Below are positions 38,469 through 49,220 of a DNA stretch of 64,000 nt, piece by piece. Position numbers and translations under genes: made by a program. The stretch covers positions 62,001-126,000 of IMG/VR virus record IMGVR_UViG_3300001782_000005. One strand, written 5' to 3'. Under the pieces are notes generated by a model. That model was not told where the DNA came from and made no database searches. It saw only the letters and a program-made list of their open reading frames with translations. Numbering within the stretch: the first letter of the stretch is position 1; the number at the start of each line of letters is the position of its first letter.

Positions 38469-39878
38469 TCATTCCCCTCGTATTATTTCAATTGCCACTC
38501 GTTCATCTATTTCAACTATTCGCCCATCTGAATAAGCAATGAGATAATTCCGTTCCCACTGCTTATCTTGATAATATCTCAATCGACCATAATATGTTTC
38601 TCGTATCTCCGTAACTCCTATATCAATCATGTCTACAACTACGGGTCTACTTTTTTCATCTGCTTCTCTTACAACCCGTCCACACATTTGCTCAACATTC
38701 TTAATTGGACTGGTCATAATCAGGCAGTCTTTCTTTGGGATATCTACTCCGTCTCTTATCTTTCCAGGAGTTGCAAAAGTCACTTGATACTTCAATTCTT
38801 CATTTGTTGCACTCCTAATAAACATAGACTTACTAGAAACATTTAACCATTTAAATAACTCTTCGATCATCTTAATTCTCTCTGAGACGAATATAACTTC
38901 TCTTCCGTTTATAGAGAACTTTGTTAAAAGACCCTTACATAAAGACATGAACATTTTCGACTTCTTAAGTAGATTTAAATACCTAGACCTCTGAAATTTA
39001 TCACCCCAATAAATATATTTGTAGCTCCTATTCAACATGCCAGAATCAAACAGTAAAACCGTAACTTTCGCATCCATTATAGATGCTTCACCCTCTGGCA
39101 CATATGTCTCGCCAAGGTGAAAATTGATAATATCCCCATTTCCATCATATCTATATGGCGTAGCACTCAAACCGTATGTTAACCTCGCTGGCATATGTAG
39201 AGAACACTCTGAAAACCTTGGGGCTCCAACAGATGTGTGAACTTCATCAGCGATGAACATACCAATATTTGCCTGATTTAAGGCTAATAGAAAGTTATAT
39301 CTATTTCTCTTTAATATTGAAACAAAGGTTTGATCAGTCGTAATTATTAGGGGTTTCTTAAGAGCATGAATAAAGTTAGATGATGTTAATCTTACTACAT
39401 CATTTTTATTTATATTGGTATGCTCAAGTGCACGCTCTGCCCATTGGTCAACAAGGCTATCTCTGTGCACCAAAACTAATGTTTTCTTCTTCTTATTGGC
39501 AATTACATAAAGTGCAACAACTGTCTTGCCCGATCCAGGGGGCGCTTGAATTGTTGCATTAGTATTTCTGAGCATATGAACTGCCATATCTTGTTGTAAT
39601 TCATCTCTAAACTCAATGTTATGATCTATATTAATATTCTCGCCAATATGACTATGATCTTCAATATGACATTCCGGAATATACTCATGTATTGGGAAGA
39701 ACCTCGGAATCGTCAGAAATTTATCAGATTCCAAGAAGAACCTGTGAACTTGATACACTGACTCTTGATGGTAGTCCAGTGATCTCCTCGTTAAGAACGC
39801 CCTCATCTTTATGTAAAATGATTCATTCTCATAGGTTCTTGATATTGCAATTCCCGCCCTCTTCTTTAAAGTATACAT
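38469..39878 (-). CDS. superfamily 2 DExH helicase (UvsW/XPB-like)
   Basis: PGSGKT, DEVH, SAT, QMCGRVVR. Confidence 0.92.
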   Translation of the reverse strand: MYTLKKRAGIAISRTYENESFYIKMRAFLTRRSLDYHQESVYQVHRFFLESDKFLTIPRFFPIHEYIPECHIEDHSHIGENINIDHNIEFRDELQQDMAVHMLRNTNATIQAPPGSGKTVVALYVIANKKKKTLVLVHRDSLVDQWAERALEHTNINKNDVVRLTSSNFIHALKKPLIITTDQTFVSILKRNRYNFLLALNQANIGMFIADEVHTSVGAPRFSECSLHMPARLTYGLSATPYRYDGNGDIINFHLGETYVPEGEASIMDAKVTVLLFDSGMLNRSYKYIYWGDKFQRSRYLNLLKKSKMFMSLCKGLLTKFSINGREVIFVSERIKMIEELFKWLNVSSKSMFIRSATNEELKYQVTFATPGKIRDGVDIPKKDCLIMTSPIKNVEQMCGRVVREADEKSRPVVVDMIDIGVTEIRETYYGRLRYYQDKQWERNYLIAYSDGRIVEIDERVAIEIIRGE

Positions 39879-40297
39879 TATGATTCAAACTCTGCCATTG
39901 AGTCATCGTTTTCCCAGATCCTAACACGCCTCACATGAATAGGTTTGGAACGTGCTTGGAATTTCTCTCTTAATGCAAAAAGTAATTCTTGACACATTCT
40001 CTCAGCAGTCGGATCACCAGGAGTCAAAAGAACTCTCATTCCTTTATCTCTCATCAAATCAACCAACTCCTTATCATCTACATTAAGGAATAGGGCGTGA
40101 TCCCAATCATCAATAATTTCCATGACCATCCCTTTCAACTCAGAGAAATCCATTATCATTCCATCTGAATTAAGAGATCGACTAGAAACAGTAACTTGAA
40201 TTCTTAAGTTATGGCCATGAAAATTCTTACAAAGACCTGAGTGTTTACTCAAGCGATGACCACATGAAACTCTAAAAGTTTTTGTCACAGAAAACAT
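39878..40297 (-). CDS. queD: 6-carboxytetrahydropterin synthase (QueD/PTPS)
   Basis: GHRL...CKNFHGHN, GMIMDF, DH..LN, PTAE, IWE. Confidence 0.92.
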   Translation of the reverse strand: MFSVTKTFRVSCGHRLSKHSGLCKNFHGHNLRIQVTVSSRSLNSDGMIMDFSELKGMVMEIIDDWDHALFLNVDDKELVDLMRDKGMRVLLTPGDPTAERMCQELLFALREKFQARSKPIHVRRVRIWENDDSMAEFES

Positions 40298-40755
40298 TTA
40301 TCTTTCCTCCGTGGTTCGAGCATAAGTTTCTCCTCAAGGTTTCCATCTTCCGGATAAATATCTCTCATAATATATGGATTAACTGTATTTCTCCTCTCCC
40401 ACTGTCTTGCTATACCGCCTCGATTTGGGTTCGGAAAATCAATTCTTATAGAGACTTCAACACCAATTCTATAAAACTCTTCTCTAATATGACTAGTGAG
40501 TATATGGACATTTCGTTCAGCAACTTCTCTCATTACATCAAAATCAGGTGGATTATTTTTAGGAATCATATTATCCACAAATGGAACTCTTCCAGTTGAT
40601 TTACAATTACAACATGGAGCATAAATATCAATTTTTCTATAAGTCATACCTTGCCCATTACAACTAAGGCAATTTTCATTATGATCTTCTGCTCTACGAA
40701 GGAGATCTGGTAATGCCTCTACTAGCCTAGATAATTTACCTTTTTTATCTGCCAT
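40285..40755 (-). CDS. zinc-finger hypothetical protein
   Basis: CLSCNGQG...CCNCKSTG. Confidence 0.55.
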   Translation of the reverse strand: MADKKGKLSRLVEALPDLLRRAEDHNENCLSCNGQGMTYRKIDIYAPCCNCKSTGRVPFVDNMIPKNNPPDFDVMREVAERNVHILTSHIREEFYRIGVEVSIRIDFPNPNRGGIARQWERRNTVNPYIMRDIYPEDGNLEEKLMLEPRRKDKCFL

Positions 40756-42061
40756 TCATAACCTCCGCATATTGACCTAAAGAAAATTGGAAAACATTAT
40801 CTAAATCTCTTTTTAATTTTGTAACCTCTTGATTTACCTCATCTATATCAATAGATACAGATAAGAGCTTACTAATTCTGTATTTTGCAAATAGATTATT
40901 AACCATTTTCTCATTTAAACCAGTTCTAGAACAGATATCATCAATTATAGGTCTAACGTCTTTTATCTGTTTCTTTAAATGCTCAGATAATATTGGTCTA
41001 ATAGTCTGAAGTACTATATACTCTTTGACCATTTCCTGACAACGAGTTATCTCGGAATTTAACATCGCTGAATTTGCTTCAAGAAACACTTTATAACTGT
41101 TCAAAAGTAATTCGTCAACTGAAGCAGTCCTAACCCGTCTATTAGCATCAACCACAACTATTTCAAATGGAATATTTCCTGTAAGAGCCTTATCTAATTT
41201 CTTTGAGAATTTGTTATATATAGCATCTTTATTTCTCTGTTTCAAGACTTTAAATACAATATATGTTTCTTCTGTTGAGAGATCCTGAAATCCAATATCG
41301 TTATTATCTCTCTCCTTTGCAAATTTATTAAGTAAAGATTCGAATTTTCTTCCAGGCGGCCACGATCTTAGAATAACTGAATGATCCTTCGGATGTGCTA
41401 TTATAACCCCTTTAACAGATATAGATGCTTTACCTGTTGACAGTAAGTTCTCAATTTCTCTGTCTGGAGAAATAATCGCACAATCAGATATAGGTTTAAT
41501 AACTGGTTTCGTCTTCCTTTGACCAAGGAGAAATAATAATCTCTTATATAAATCTTCAACTTTAAAACATGGGATAAATGTTTTGTAGCCAAATCCTATA
41601 CCTTGAGTATACTCTTTCCCAAGAAGGCATAGAGGAAACATTGTTGGAAGAAAAAGTGGTTCTTTCTCATCTAATTCGCCTTCTCGCCACGGAACATACT
41701 TGATCAGCTTGAAGGCAAGGGTCTTAGATAGTTTTGATAACCTGCAACCAGTATATCTCATAGCAGCAGGAGGAGTTGGTTCTACTCCTATATTGGCCCC
41801 AAAACTACCCTGCCCATCTAAGAACCCCTGCCTAACAAGCTGAACAATCGTCCCATAGGACGTCCCATGAGGATGAAAGTGACCAAGACAATGGCCATCG
41901 ACCCTAGCACTCTTAACAAATCTTTCACCAGCAATTTGATATGCTGATAAAAGAACTCTTCTCTCAACAGGTTTTAACCCATCTAAATCTAAAGGGAACG
42001 CTCGAAACGCGTTCACATATTGACCATATGATCTATAAAACTCTGGAACTTTCCTGTCCAT
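40745..42061 (-). CDS. type IIA topoisomerase A subunit without C-terminal pinwheel
   Basis: DGLKPVERR, KSAR, HPHG, AAMRYT (catalytic Tyr); 438 aa. Confidence 0.93.
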   Translation of the reverse strand: MDRKVPEFYRSYGQYVNAFRAFPLDLDGLKPVERRVLLSAYQIAGERFVKSARVDGHCLGHFHPHGTSYGTIVQLVRQGFLDGQGSFGANIGVEPTPPAAMRYTGCRLSKLSKTLAFKLIKYVPWREGELDEKEPLFLPTMFPLCLLGKEYTQGIGFGYKTFIPCFKVEDLYKRLLFLLGQRKTKPVIKPISDCAIISPDREIENLLSTGKASISVKGVIIAHPKDHSVILRSWPPGRKFESLLNKFAKERDNNDIGFQDLSTEETYIVFKVLKQRNKDAIYNKFSKKLDKALTGNIPFEIVVVDANRRVRTASVDELLLNSYKVFLEANSAMLNSEITRCQEMVKEYIVLQTIRPILSEHLKKQIKDVRPIIDDICSRTGLNEKMVNNLFAKYRISKLLSVSIDIDEVNQEVTKLKRDLDNVFQFSLGQYAEVMNGR

Positions 42062-42069
42062 CTCAACCC

Positions 42070-42444
42070 CTAGTGTTTAGTCACCCCTTTTGGTTCACAA
42101 CAAGCACAAGCGACTCTCTCAATTGGAGTTAATTTCCATACTTCATGTCCATCATATTCAGCTTCTTCAAATTTCATATTCGGCAACCCATGTAGTGCAA
42201 TAACCTCTTGTCTAGCCTTATTGATATTTTCTACTTTAACGTCATTTATTAACCAATCGCAAACAGTATTCAAAAGGGAAGTTGCTACATACATAAAAAT
42301 CTCGCTAGACTCAATTAAAAGGTCTGGAAATCCAAATTCCCTCATACCATGTGTATGTACCATATATATGTAACTTCCTTCCTCTGGTAAAACTCCATGA
42401 ACTTCAATCTGTTTAATTACATCAACTCTCTCATTTTTTTCCAT
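42070..42444 (-). CDS. hypothetical protein (DUF4262-like)
   Basis: HTHGMREFGFPDL pattern. Confidence 0.45.
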   Translation of the reverse strand: MEKNERVDVIKQIEVHGVLPEEGSYIYMVHTHGMREFGFPDLLIESSEIFMYVATSLLNTVCDWLINDVKVENINKARQEVIALHGLPNMKFEEAEYDGHEVWKLTPIERVACACCEPKGVTKH

Positions 42445-44236
42445 GTTCTCCCTCCATATTTAATAACTCTCTTTTTGCACTAACATCACTAAATAACTTC
42501 ATAATTTCATTTAGATTATCTGAGAACCTAATTGGAATTAATCTCCTCGTTTTCTCATCAATTGCACATACTCTTAGTTGATCAGGATTTAGTTCTCCCA
42601 AACCTTTAAAACGGGAAATCTTCCTATTTCCACTTCTTGCTTTCTTAATTTGCTCTTCAGTCCATAACGGAATAAATTGTTTACCTTCAGTTATTGCATA
42701 CAGTGGAGTCTGCACTAAATAATAGTGTCCATTTTTTATCACATCAGGAACTAAGTTGGCAAGGATAATTGTCAAAAGACAAAAGATATGTCCACCATCT
42801 TCATCTGCATCCGTAGCACAAATAATCTTCTCATATTTCAAACCGTTAATATCAAAGTGGGGTCCAACTCCTGTTCCTAATGCTTGAATTAATTCTCCAA
42901 CCTCTTTATTCTTCAAAATATCCTTCGTGTTAATAATGGAAGGAATTTTACCCCGAAGTGGAAAAATAGCATGGAGACGGGGATCACGACAAGAAATAAA
43001 AGAACCACCAGCAGAATCGCCTTCGACAATAAATAACTCTCCTTTAGAACCTGTACAATCGCGTAATTTAGTAAACTTCGTAGATGCTCTTTTTCCATTT
43101 GTAACATTCCTTAAATTCTTTGAATCTAGTTTCTTCCTATATAATTCAAACTGCTCAAGCAGAATCTCAAGCAACTGCTGGTTCTTATCAAAATGTTGCT
43201 CAATTTTCTGTTTAAGAGGATTTGTCAATCTCAATAAGTCATTCTTAGTATTGGTTAGTCGATGCTTTATTTGACCTGAAAATTCTGGATTCTTTAGGGA
43301 TAGACTCAGATATGCTCTTAATCCACAGAGACAATCGTTTGGTTGGAATTTTACCCCAATTCTCTTTGCCCTTGATGTAAACATATCTTTCAAAATATCT
43401 AAGAAAACATTTATGTGAGTTCCACCACCTTCTACTGGAAGAAGGTTAACTGAAGTATGAATCCTTGGAGTTATTGTTCCATTTCTAGAATAACAAAACT
43501 TAACTTTGAAATTTTCGGGTCTTAAACCAGGATCAATATAGATAACTGGTGAAATTTCCCTATCTGTATCCTTCAAGCAATGAGTCATAAAATACTCTTG
43601 CATGTCTAACTTAATGACTTCACGATTTCCATCTATACTCAAAGCAAAAGTACATCTTGGCAATTCAACTGATGCAATCAGTAAGCGACTTCTAATTCTT
43701 TCAATATCTGGAACCAAATTTTCAAAGATCTTCTTATCTGGTTTAAATTGAATTAATGTTGAAAAAGGTTTCTTATCTGTAAATTTATTGATTTCTTTTC
43801 TTCGAAATTTTGCACTCTCAAACTCAAACTTTGCTTTCTTACTATTTCTATATATCACAACCTCATAGAAGTCACTTAAAGCATTTATTGCAACCAAACC
43901 AACGCCGTGACGTCCACTACAAATATCATATGCCGTTTTTATACCCTGAAATTTTGCTCCAGAGAAAAGTTTACTTGAGATAATTCTGGGGATATCATTA
44001 CTGATGGGAATTCCTCTACCATTATCAATCACTTGATAGATATGATTTTTAGTATCTAGATTTATTGCCACGACGTTGGCAAACCCCGCCAAACATTCAT
44101 CAAGACTATTATCCAATGCTTCTTCAATTAAATGGACGGGGTTTGCCGTCTCCCCAATATACATTCCAGGATTTAACCGTATATGGGTGACTTCGTCGAG
44201 GACTTTAACTTCAGACGACGTATATTTTTTTGTCAT
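42431..44236 (-). CDS. type IIA topoisomerase B subunit (GHKL + TOPRIM)
   Basis: PGMYIG, DNSLDE, DNGRGIP, EGDSAG, PLRGKI, TDADEDG, RFKGLGE. Confidence 0.95.
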   Translation of the reverse strand: MTKKYTSSEVKVLDEVTHIRLNPGMYIGETANPVHLIEEALDNSLDECLAGFANVVAINLDTKNHIYQVIDNGRGIPISNDIPRIISSKLFSGAKFQGIKTAYDICSGRHGVGLVAINALSDFYEVVIYRNSKKAKFEFESAKFRRKEINKFTDKKPFSTLIQFKPDKKIFENLVPDIERIRSRLLIASVELPRCTFALSIDGNREVIKLDMQEYFMTHCLKDTDREISPVIYIDPGLRPENFKVKFCYSRNGTITPRIHTSVNLLPVEGGGTHINVFLDILKDMFTSRAKRIGVKFQPNDCLCGLRAYLSLSLKNPEFSGQIKHRLTNTKNDLLRLTNPLKQKIEQHFDKNQQLLEILLEQFELYRKKLDSKNLRNVTNGKRASTKFTKLRDCTGSKGELFIVEGDSAGGSFISCRDPRLHAIFPLRGKIPSIINTKDILKNKEVGELIQALGTGVGPHFDINGLKYEKIICATDADEDGGHIFCLLTIILANLVPDVIKNGHYYLVQTPLYAITEGKQFIPLWTEEQIKKARSGNRKISRFKGLGELNPDQLRVCAIDEKTRRLIPIRFSDNLNEIMKLFSDVSAKRELLNMEGEHGKK

Positions 44237-45151
44237 CTACCCTCCCTTACTTTGCATAACGTCCTTGATTGTTACAAACTTATCTGAACCATCCAGTTTC
44301 ATACCACTTACCTTTCTCGTTAACTTTTCATTTTCCCTCTGCAAATAGGAAACTTGTGTTTCTAATTTCTTATTACTTTCCTGCTCGTTAAGAATTTGTT
44401 GTGATAATCTATCATTTGTCTCTTCTAAAGTCTTGATTCTGCTTTCACATGATTCTTTCAATTGCAATATAGCAACATAATCTTTCTTCACAACTGAAAG
44501 TTGAGTTTTTAGCGACTTATTTTGATCTTCTAGATTAGACTTACACTCCTTTATCTTCGTAAGCTCTTCATCATATTCGCCTAGTGATTTTACCAGAATT
44601 TCTTGGTTATTAAAAGTGTCGGCCAAAACTCGTCTGAACATTCTAGAAAGTGATTTATCACTAATTCGAGTCGAAGTAAGAATATCTTTGAGATCTTCAT
44701 TTGTCAATTGGCTAAAATCTATATCGTGCCATCCGGGAAGATCTTTCTCTTCTTTAACTTCAATTACAGAACCTGGATCTTCAAACTCTGTTTTTTCATA
44801 CATAGATATCAGAGGAAAACCAAGTTCTTTTCTAGAGGAGACCATTTCAACATTTGCTGAACCTCTCCTCGATGACATCTCTTTCACTTCTGAAAGAGAG
44901 AGTTTAAAGGGCCACTTACCTCTCTCGTCAACTATATAATATACTTGTTTCTGTTTAGCAATCCTTCTCTTCTTAACTGAGAATCCTGCGTTGGCTAAAA
45001 TATTAAAATAGTGCTTAAGAGTAGACTCCTTCGCATTAATTTCAAATTTATCTACAATAATTCGATGTAAAACGTCTGTATTCAAAATTGTATTTGGAGG
45101 GAGATTAGAAGTATAACCCACCAGAACCCGGAAAAGTTCGCTCGTTTTCAT
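44237..45151 (-). CDS. hypothetical protein with C-terminal coiled coil
   Basis: Heptad-rich C-terminal half; AGGAGG RBS. Confidence 0.6.
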   Translation of the reverse strand: MKTSELFRVLVGYTSNLPPNTILNTDVLHRIIVDKFEINAKESTLKHYFNILANAGFSVKKRRIAKQKQVYYIVDERGKWPFKLSLSEVKEMSSRRGSANVEMVSSRKELGFPLISMYEKTEFEDPGSVIEVKEEKDLPGWHDIDFSQLTNEDLKDILTSTRISDKSLSRMFRRVLADTFNNQEILVKSLGEYDEELTKIKECKSNLEDQNKSLKTQLSVVKKDYVAILQLKESCESRIKTLEETNDRLSQQILNEQESNKKLETQVSYLQRENEKLTRKVSGMKLDGSDKFVTIKDVMQSKGG

Positions 45152-45182
45152 TTATAAATCCTCCTTCAATATTTCTAAAATG

Positions 45183-45211
45183 GGACCCAGGTAGCTTAGC
45201 TACCCGGGTCC
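45183..45211. terminator. intergenic hairpin
   Basis: GGACCC-GGTAGC/GCTACC-GGGTCC stem. Confidence 0.55.
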
Positions 45212-45217
45212 TCTAAC

Positions 45218-45616
45218 CTATTCTTGTTGCTTCTTAAATTCCTCAAGTTGCTCAGCACAAAGAGTTCTTCCTCTCATAAGTGCTGCGATGAAGGAGTCTA
45301 TGTGATCCAAATCTTGAATCAAAAACTCTGTACTTGTTTTTAGATATCCTGTAGAGACTAACCTAAAGGCCGCCTTTATAGTTCTCCAGATATTTCTAAG
45401 TTTCTCAGATGCCGGTGCACTAATATCATAGTGGCAATACTCAACATCTTTATGAAAGTATAGAAATACCATCCCAAACTTCTTATCAAACTCCATTTCA
45501 ATTGTTGCATCATGCTCGGGGTCTTTACAGTCACACGCAACCCTATACATGATTGAGTTAGGCCATTCACCAATTAACATCACTCCTTTTGCCACTTCAA
45601 AACCTTTTTTGTTCAT
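45218..45616 (-). CDS. hypothetical protein
   Basis: CDC...H motif; coupled to the VWA gene. Confidence 0.55.
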   Translation of the reverse strand: MNKKGFEVAKGVMLIGEWPNSIMYRVACDCKDPEHDATIEMEFDKKFGMVFLYFHKDVEYCHYDISAPASEKLRNIWRTIKAAFRLVSTGYLKTSTEFLIQDLDHIDSFIAALMRGRTLCAEQLEEFKKQQE

Positions 45617-45617
45617 A

Positions 45618-47006
45618 TCATATCCTCACAATGAAACCTGTTCGGTTTAACGTCTCAATACTTCCCCTCGCTTCTGAAACACACCAAATAAGTTTCTTCG
45701 GTAACATCTTTCTTGGTAGAGCATTTATATTCTCTGTATATCCATCTGTAAAACCAAGAGTAACATCTGTACCCAACTCTCTTGCCCTCTTAAGAGCAGG
45801 GGCCATTGCTGTACCACCCCGACCTTTTACATTAAACTGTATATCACGAAGCTTCTTTACTTCGTACTCCTTCTGAAGTCTTGCATCACATTCAAGAACT
45901 ACAACTCTTGTATGACGATCTTTTTCCATTATACTTCCACAAGCAGAAAGAGCATCAAGAATTTCATCCTTGGACATACTGCCTGACGTGTCAATAATCA
46001 AAGAAATATAGAAAGAATAATCTCTTTTCTTTCCAGGAAATGGAGAAAATATTGGAGTCCCATCATCTGAAAGGGTGAAGAGATAGGCCCTCTTTCTGTT
46101 GACCCTTGTAGGTGATCTTCTAAATTTAGACAACCTAGATCCCCTAACAAGTCGTCTAATAATCTCATAATAGGGTGCTTTTGGAGGTCTAAGCGCCTCA
46201 TCAATTAAATCTTGAATATGAGATGGAAGAGTGCCTCTCCTCTTATTAAAATTTTTAACTGCCTCTCTGATAACATTTCCAACATTTGTATCTATTTTCC
46301 TAGATAGAGAACTAAGATCAGTTACTCCTTCTAAATTCTTAGTCCAATGACCATGATCATCCAAAGGCATTCCATCCCCACCAGAGCAATCTGGACACAT
46401 TACCTCTATTGGTTGATCACCCTTTCCGCCTTCGGACTTACCAAGACCTTCACCTGATGCCCCACATTGAGGACACTGAATTTCCTTAACCCTCTTCATC
46501 AATAGGTTATAATATTCTTCAGCAATCCTTTTTGGTGGAAGTTTATGATTTTCAGGGAACTCAGGAAAGACTTTATTCTCTCCAATTTTTACCTCTTGAG
46601 GCATATTCATTTGAGTATTAACGCAACAGTCGGCAGCAATGTTCCAAATACTAGCCTTTAGTGGTTTACGTTTGTCATTTAACTCATTAGCTAATATTCT
46701 TATTAACCTAGGAACATGCTTATTTAATACGTGCATACCTTCATGCTCTAGAATGAGCATGAGAACATCATCAGTTGCCATATCTACTAAATCTGGATGG
46801 TAATATAGTGCGATCAAACCATCATGCTCTGGCGCCACTCCCATAATAGATGGAAGCTCCTTGTTTGATCTTCTCGCCAGTCTTGAGAATAAATAACCCC
46901 AATAGGAGTTTCCCAAGACCATTCTGGCTATCAACTCCTTTAATCTTTCATCTGGGGTCATAATTTCCTCACTTGTTATTACGACCGACTGCAACGATCG
47001 GTTCAT
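45618..47006 (-). CDS. DUF2201-type metallopeptidase + VWA domain protein
   Basis: HEGMH, WNIAAD..VN, IIDTSGSM, GRGGT, FTDGY. Confidence 0.9.
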   Translation of the reverse strand: MNRSLQSVVITSEEIMTPDERLKELIARMVLGNSYWGYLFSRLARRSNKELPSIMGVAPEHDGLIALYYHPDLVDMATDDVLMLILEHEGMHVLNKHVPRLIRILANELNDKRKPLKASIWNIAADCCVNTQMNMPQEVKIGENKVFPEFPENHKLPPKRIAEEYYNLLMKRVKEIQCPQCGASGEGLGKSEGGKGDQPIEVMCPDCSGGDGMPLDDHGHWTKNLEGVTDLSSLSRKIDTNVGNVIREAVKNFNKRRGTLPSHIQDLIDEALRPPKAPYYEIIRRLVRGSRLSKFRRSPTRVNRKRAYLFTLSDDGTPIFSPFPGKKRDYSFYISLIIDTSGSMSKDEILDALSACGSIMEKDRHTRVVVLECDARLQKEYEVKKLRDIQFNVKGRGGTAMAPALKRARELGTDVTLGFTDGYTENINALPRKMLPKKLIWCVSEARGSIETLNRTGFIVRI

Positions 47007-48252
47007 AAAAATCTTTTCTATACACCTCAGATAATTTCATTAAATCTGTATGAAGTTTCGTAATATAACGAAATTCATCAGATGTCCTACTAAAATTATC
47101 TACTTGAGATACGAAAAGCGCCGCCGTATCAATTGGCATATCTGTCAGAAAAGAGACGATATTTTTCTGTTCCTTGATTGTATAATTGGGTCTTGAGGTT
47201 GATACAAACGTAGTAAATGCAACCATCAATTCCCCAAGTTTAGCGTTGTTCTGTTCCTTCACATACTGCTGTACCTGTTTCCTAACTTTAGGGTAATCAT
47301 AAAAGACATCTCTTGGATTAATGTCTTTCCTTTCTCTGGCAAACTCCATAAACATTCTCGTCATATTTACATTGAGCAAACCAGAAATTAAGAAATCAAG
47401 TTCAGCATATGAAGATGCAATCCCCCCTCTTGCTTCATAACCCCATAGAATATTTGAAACTCTCTCATAACTTGCGGGATTTGCATAAACACTACCTCTT
47501 CTCTGTGCGTCAAAATCATAGAGATAGTCTGGATGTGATTGGATAAACTCAACAACTAAAGAGTGAAAACCACTTGCAATTGCATGGTTCAAAAAATCTT
47601 GAGGTGATACTTCAACATATAAATGTAACATCCTCCTTAATCCAGCAGCATCTTCAAGCTGATCAACACTATACTCAGCGTCGTCAGGATTATCAAGAGA
47701 AACAACAAACCACCCCTTTGGAAAGGGGAATAGATGAATTTTATTCTCATTCTGCACCTGCCAAAGAAGCTGCTGCAAATTATGATCACCTCTTGAAAAC
47801 TCATCAATTATATAGATCCCATAGCTATCCGGGTCAGTCGGGATGAAATCAGAATATAGCATCTCAAACTTCTGTTGTCCTTCCCTTGTGACCGGAAACG
47901 GAATCAGAAAATCATCTCGTGAAAGCACAGGACACTGGATTTTAATCTGATTAAATAATCTTCCAGTCTCCTTTGTCAGCTCATCACTAATTTGTAAACA
48001 GATCTCAGTCTTACCAACGCCTGCTGGGCCAAGTATATGAAATGTTTGTTTTAAAATATCTCTACCTTGATCCCAACAGGCCAAAACATTAAGGATGTGA
48101 GTTTTGATCAGTTCCTTTATTCGATTGATGCTCAAAACTGCAATATTCAGCCTCTCAAAGTATTTTTGAACTTCCTGACCTTCGCTCATCCTATACTCCC
48201 TTCGAGATGTACTATAGGCATTGTTAATTCTTTCAATGTTCCATAAGATCAA
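46969..48252 (-). CDS. MoxR-like AAA+ ATPase
   Basis: GPAGVGKT, IIDEFSR, NP..RR, NPASYE; adjacent to VWA partner. Confidence 0.88.
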   Translation of the reverse strand: MILWNIERINNAYSTSRREYRMSEGQEVQKYFERLNIAVLSINRIKELIKTHILNVLACWDQGRDILKQTFHILGPAGVGKTEICLQISDELTKETGRLFNQIKIQCPVLSRDDFLIPFPVTREGQQKFEMLYSDFIPTDPDSYGIYIIDEFSRGDHNLQQLLWQVQNENKIHLFPFPKGWFVVSLDNPDDAEYSVDQLEDAAGLRRMLHLYVEVSPQDFLNHAIASGFHSLVVEFIQSHPDYLYDFDAQRRGSVYANPASYERVSNILWGYEARGGIASSYAELDFLISGLLNVNMTRMFMEFARERKDINPRDVFYDYPKVRKQVQQYVKEQNNAKLGELMVAFTTFVSTSRPNYTIKEQKNIVSFLTDMPIDTAALFVSQVDNFSRTSDEFRYITKLHTDLMKLSEVYRKDFYEPIVAVGRNNK

Positions 48253-48261
48253 TCTATTTAG

Positions 48262-49206
48262 TTAAAACTCAATATCATCAAAACTAAATTGCTTTGGTTT
48301 AGGTTCCTCTGATTGTGGAGGTTTCTCCTGCGGTTGCCCAGCTGGAGTTTCAGTCGTCTGGTCAGTAGTAGGAAATTGCTGCTCTGGAGAAACAGCTGGT
48401 TTTTCCTGTCCTTCAGCATAACCAGATACCTTTTTACCTCTAGACCAATCAAACTTCTCATTAAATTGTTCAAGAGTTTTCTTGGTTATGCGAAGTACAT
48501 TCATAACCACATTATTCGACAACTTCTCGCCTCTATCTAATGAGAAAACTTGCTTTGGTCCCCAATTAGAAGACTCAGTTGCAATTCCAATCTTTGTAAC
48601 AAATCTCTTGTTATTAACATGGACTTTCTCAAACCTTTTTGTGTCATCGGTTTGCGGGGTAAATATAGGATCGAAATCATCAGACTGCAAATTATTTATA
48701 TAATCTGCAACCCTAGAATACTTCATACCTTTTCCTCTGATGAAGACAAATGTAGGTTTTTTATCTTCGCCTACTACTGGGTTACCCTGACTATCACAAT
48801 ATATACCTGCAACAACTAGTTGTGCTCGGCAAGGATTGCAGAAATCAGAAGCAGCTCGTTCAGCTGAGTTCACACCACACTTGACTCCAGATGTGCCATA
48901 CCAAGGAGGATCGCCCACTTGATATGAAAAACACTCAATACTTTCTCTTCCTTGATTATCTCTCCTTATCTTTGCAAGAAGGCCTTTAACATGAGTAACA
49001 ATCATATAGACTTGATCTATATTATACTCAACTCCTCTAACTTGCAACTTCCCCGCTTGTTCTTGAAGTCCAAGATGATTTTGCCTCGTTTGACCCGCAA
49101 TATATACGGAGTGAAAAAATTCATCTTCAGGATCTACTGGTTGTCTAGACTCATAGCCAGTATCCATTAAATCGCCATAATCTTCAAGATTGAAGTCATT
49201 GCCCAT
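48262..49206 (-). CDS. putative ssDNA-binding/annealing protein
   Basis: Flexible tail ending in acidic/aromatic FSFDDIEF; replication-gene context. Confidence 0.5.
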   Translation of the reverse strand: MGNDFNLEDYGDLMDTGYESRQPVDPEDEFFHSVYIAGQTRQNHLGLQEQAGKLQVRGVEYNIDQVYMIVTHVKGLLAKIRRDNQGRESIECFSYQVGDPPWYGTSGVKCGVNSAERAASDFCNPCRAQLVVAGIYCDSQGNPVVGEDKKPTFVFIRGKGMKYSRVADYINNLQSDDFDPIFTPQTDDTKRFEKVHVNNKRFVTKIGIATESSNWGPKQVFSLDRGEKLSNNVVMNVLRITKKTLEQFNEKFDWSRGKKVSGYAEGQEKPAVSPEQQFPTTDQTTETPAGQPQEKPPQSEEPKPKQFSFDDIEF

Positions 49207-49220
49207 CTTTCTAACACCTC

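Noticed and set aside
40745-44236. Calling the topoisomerase DNA gyrase (gyrA/gyrB)
   Set aside because: The A subunit lacks the C-terminal pinwheel and GyrA box, so supercoiling activity is unsupported.
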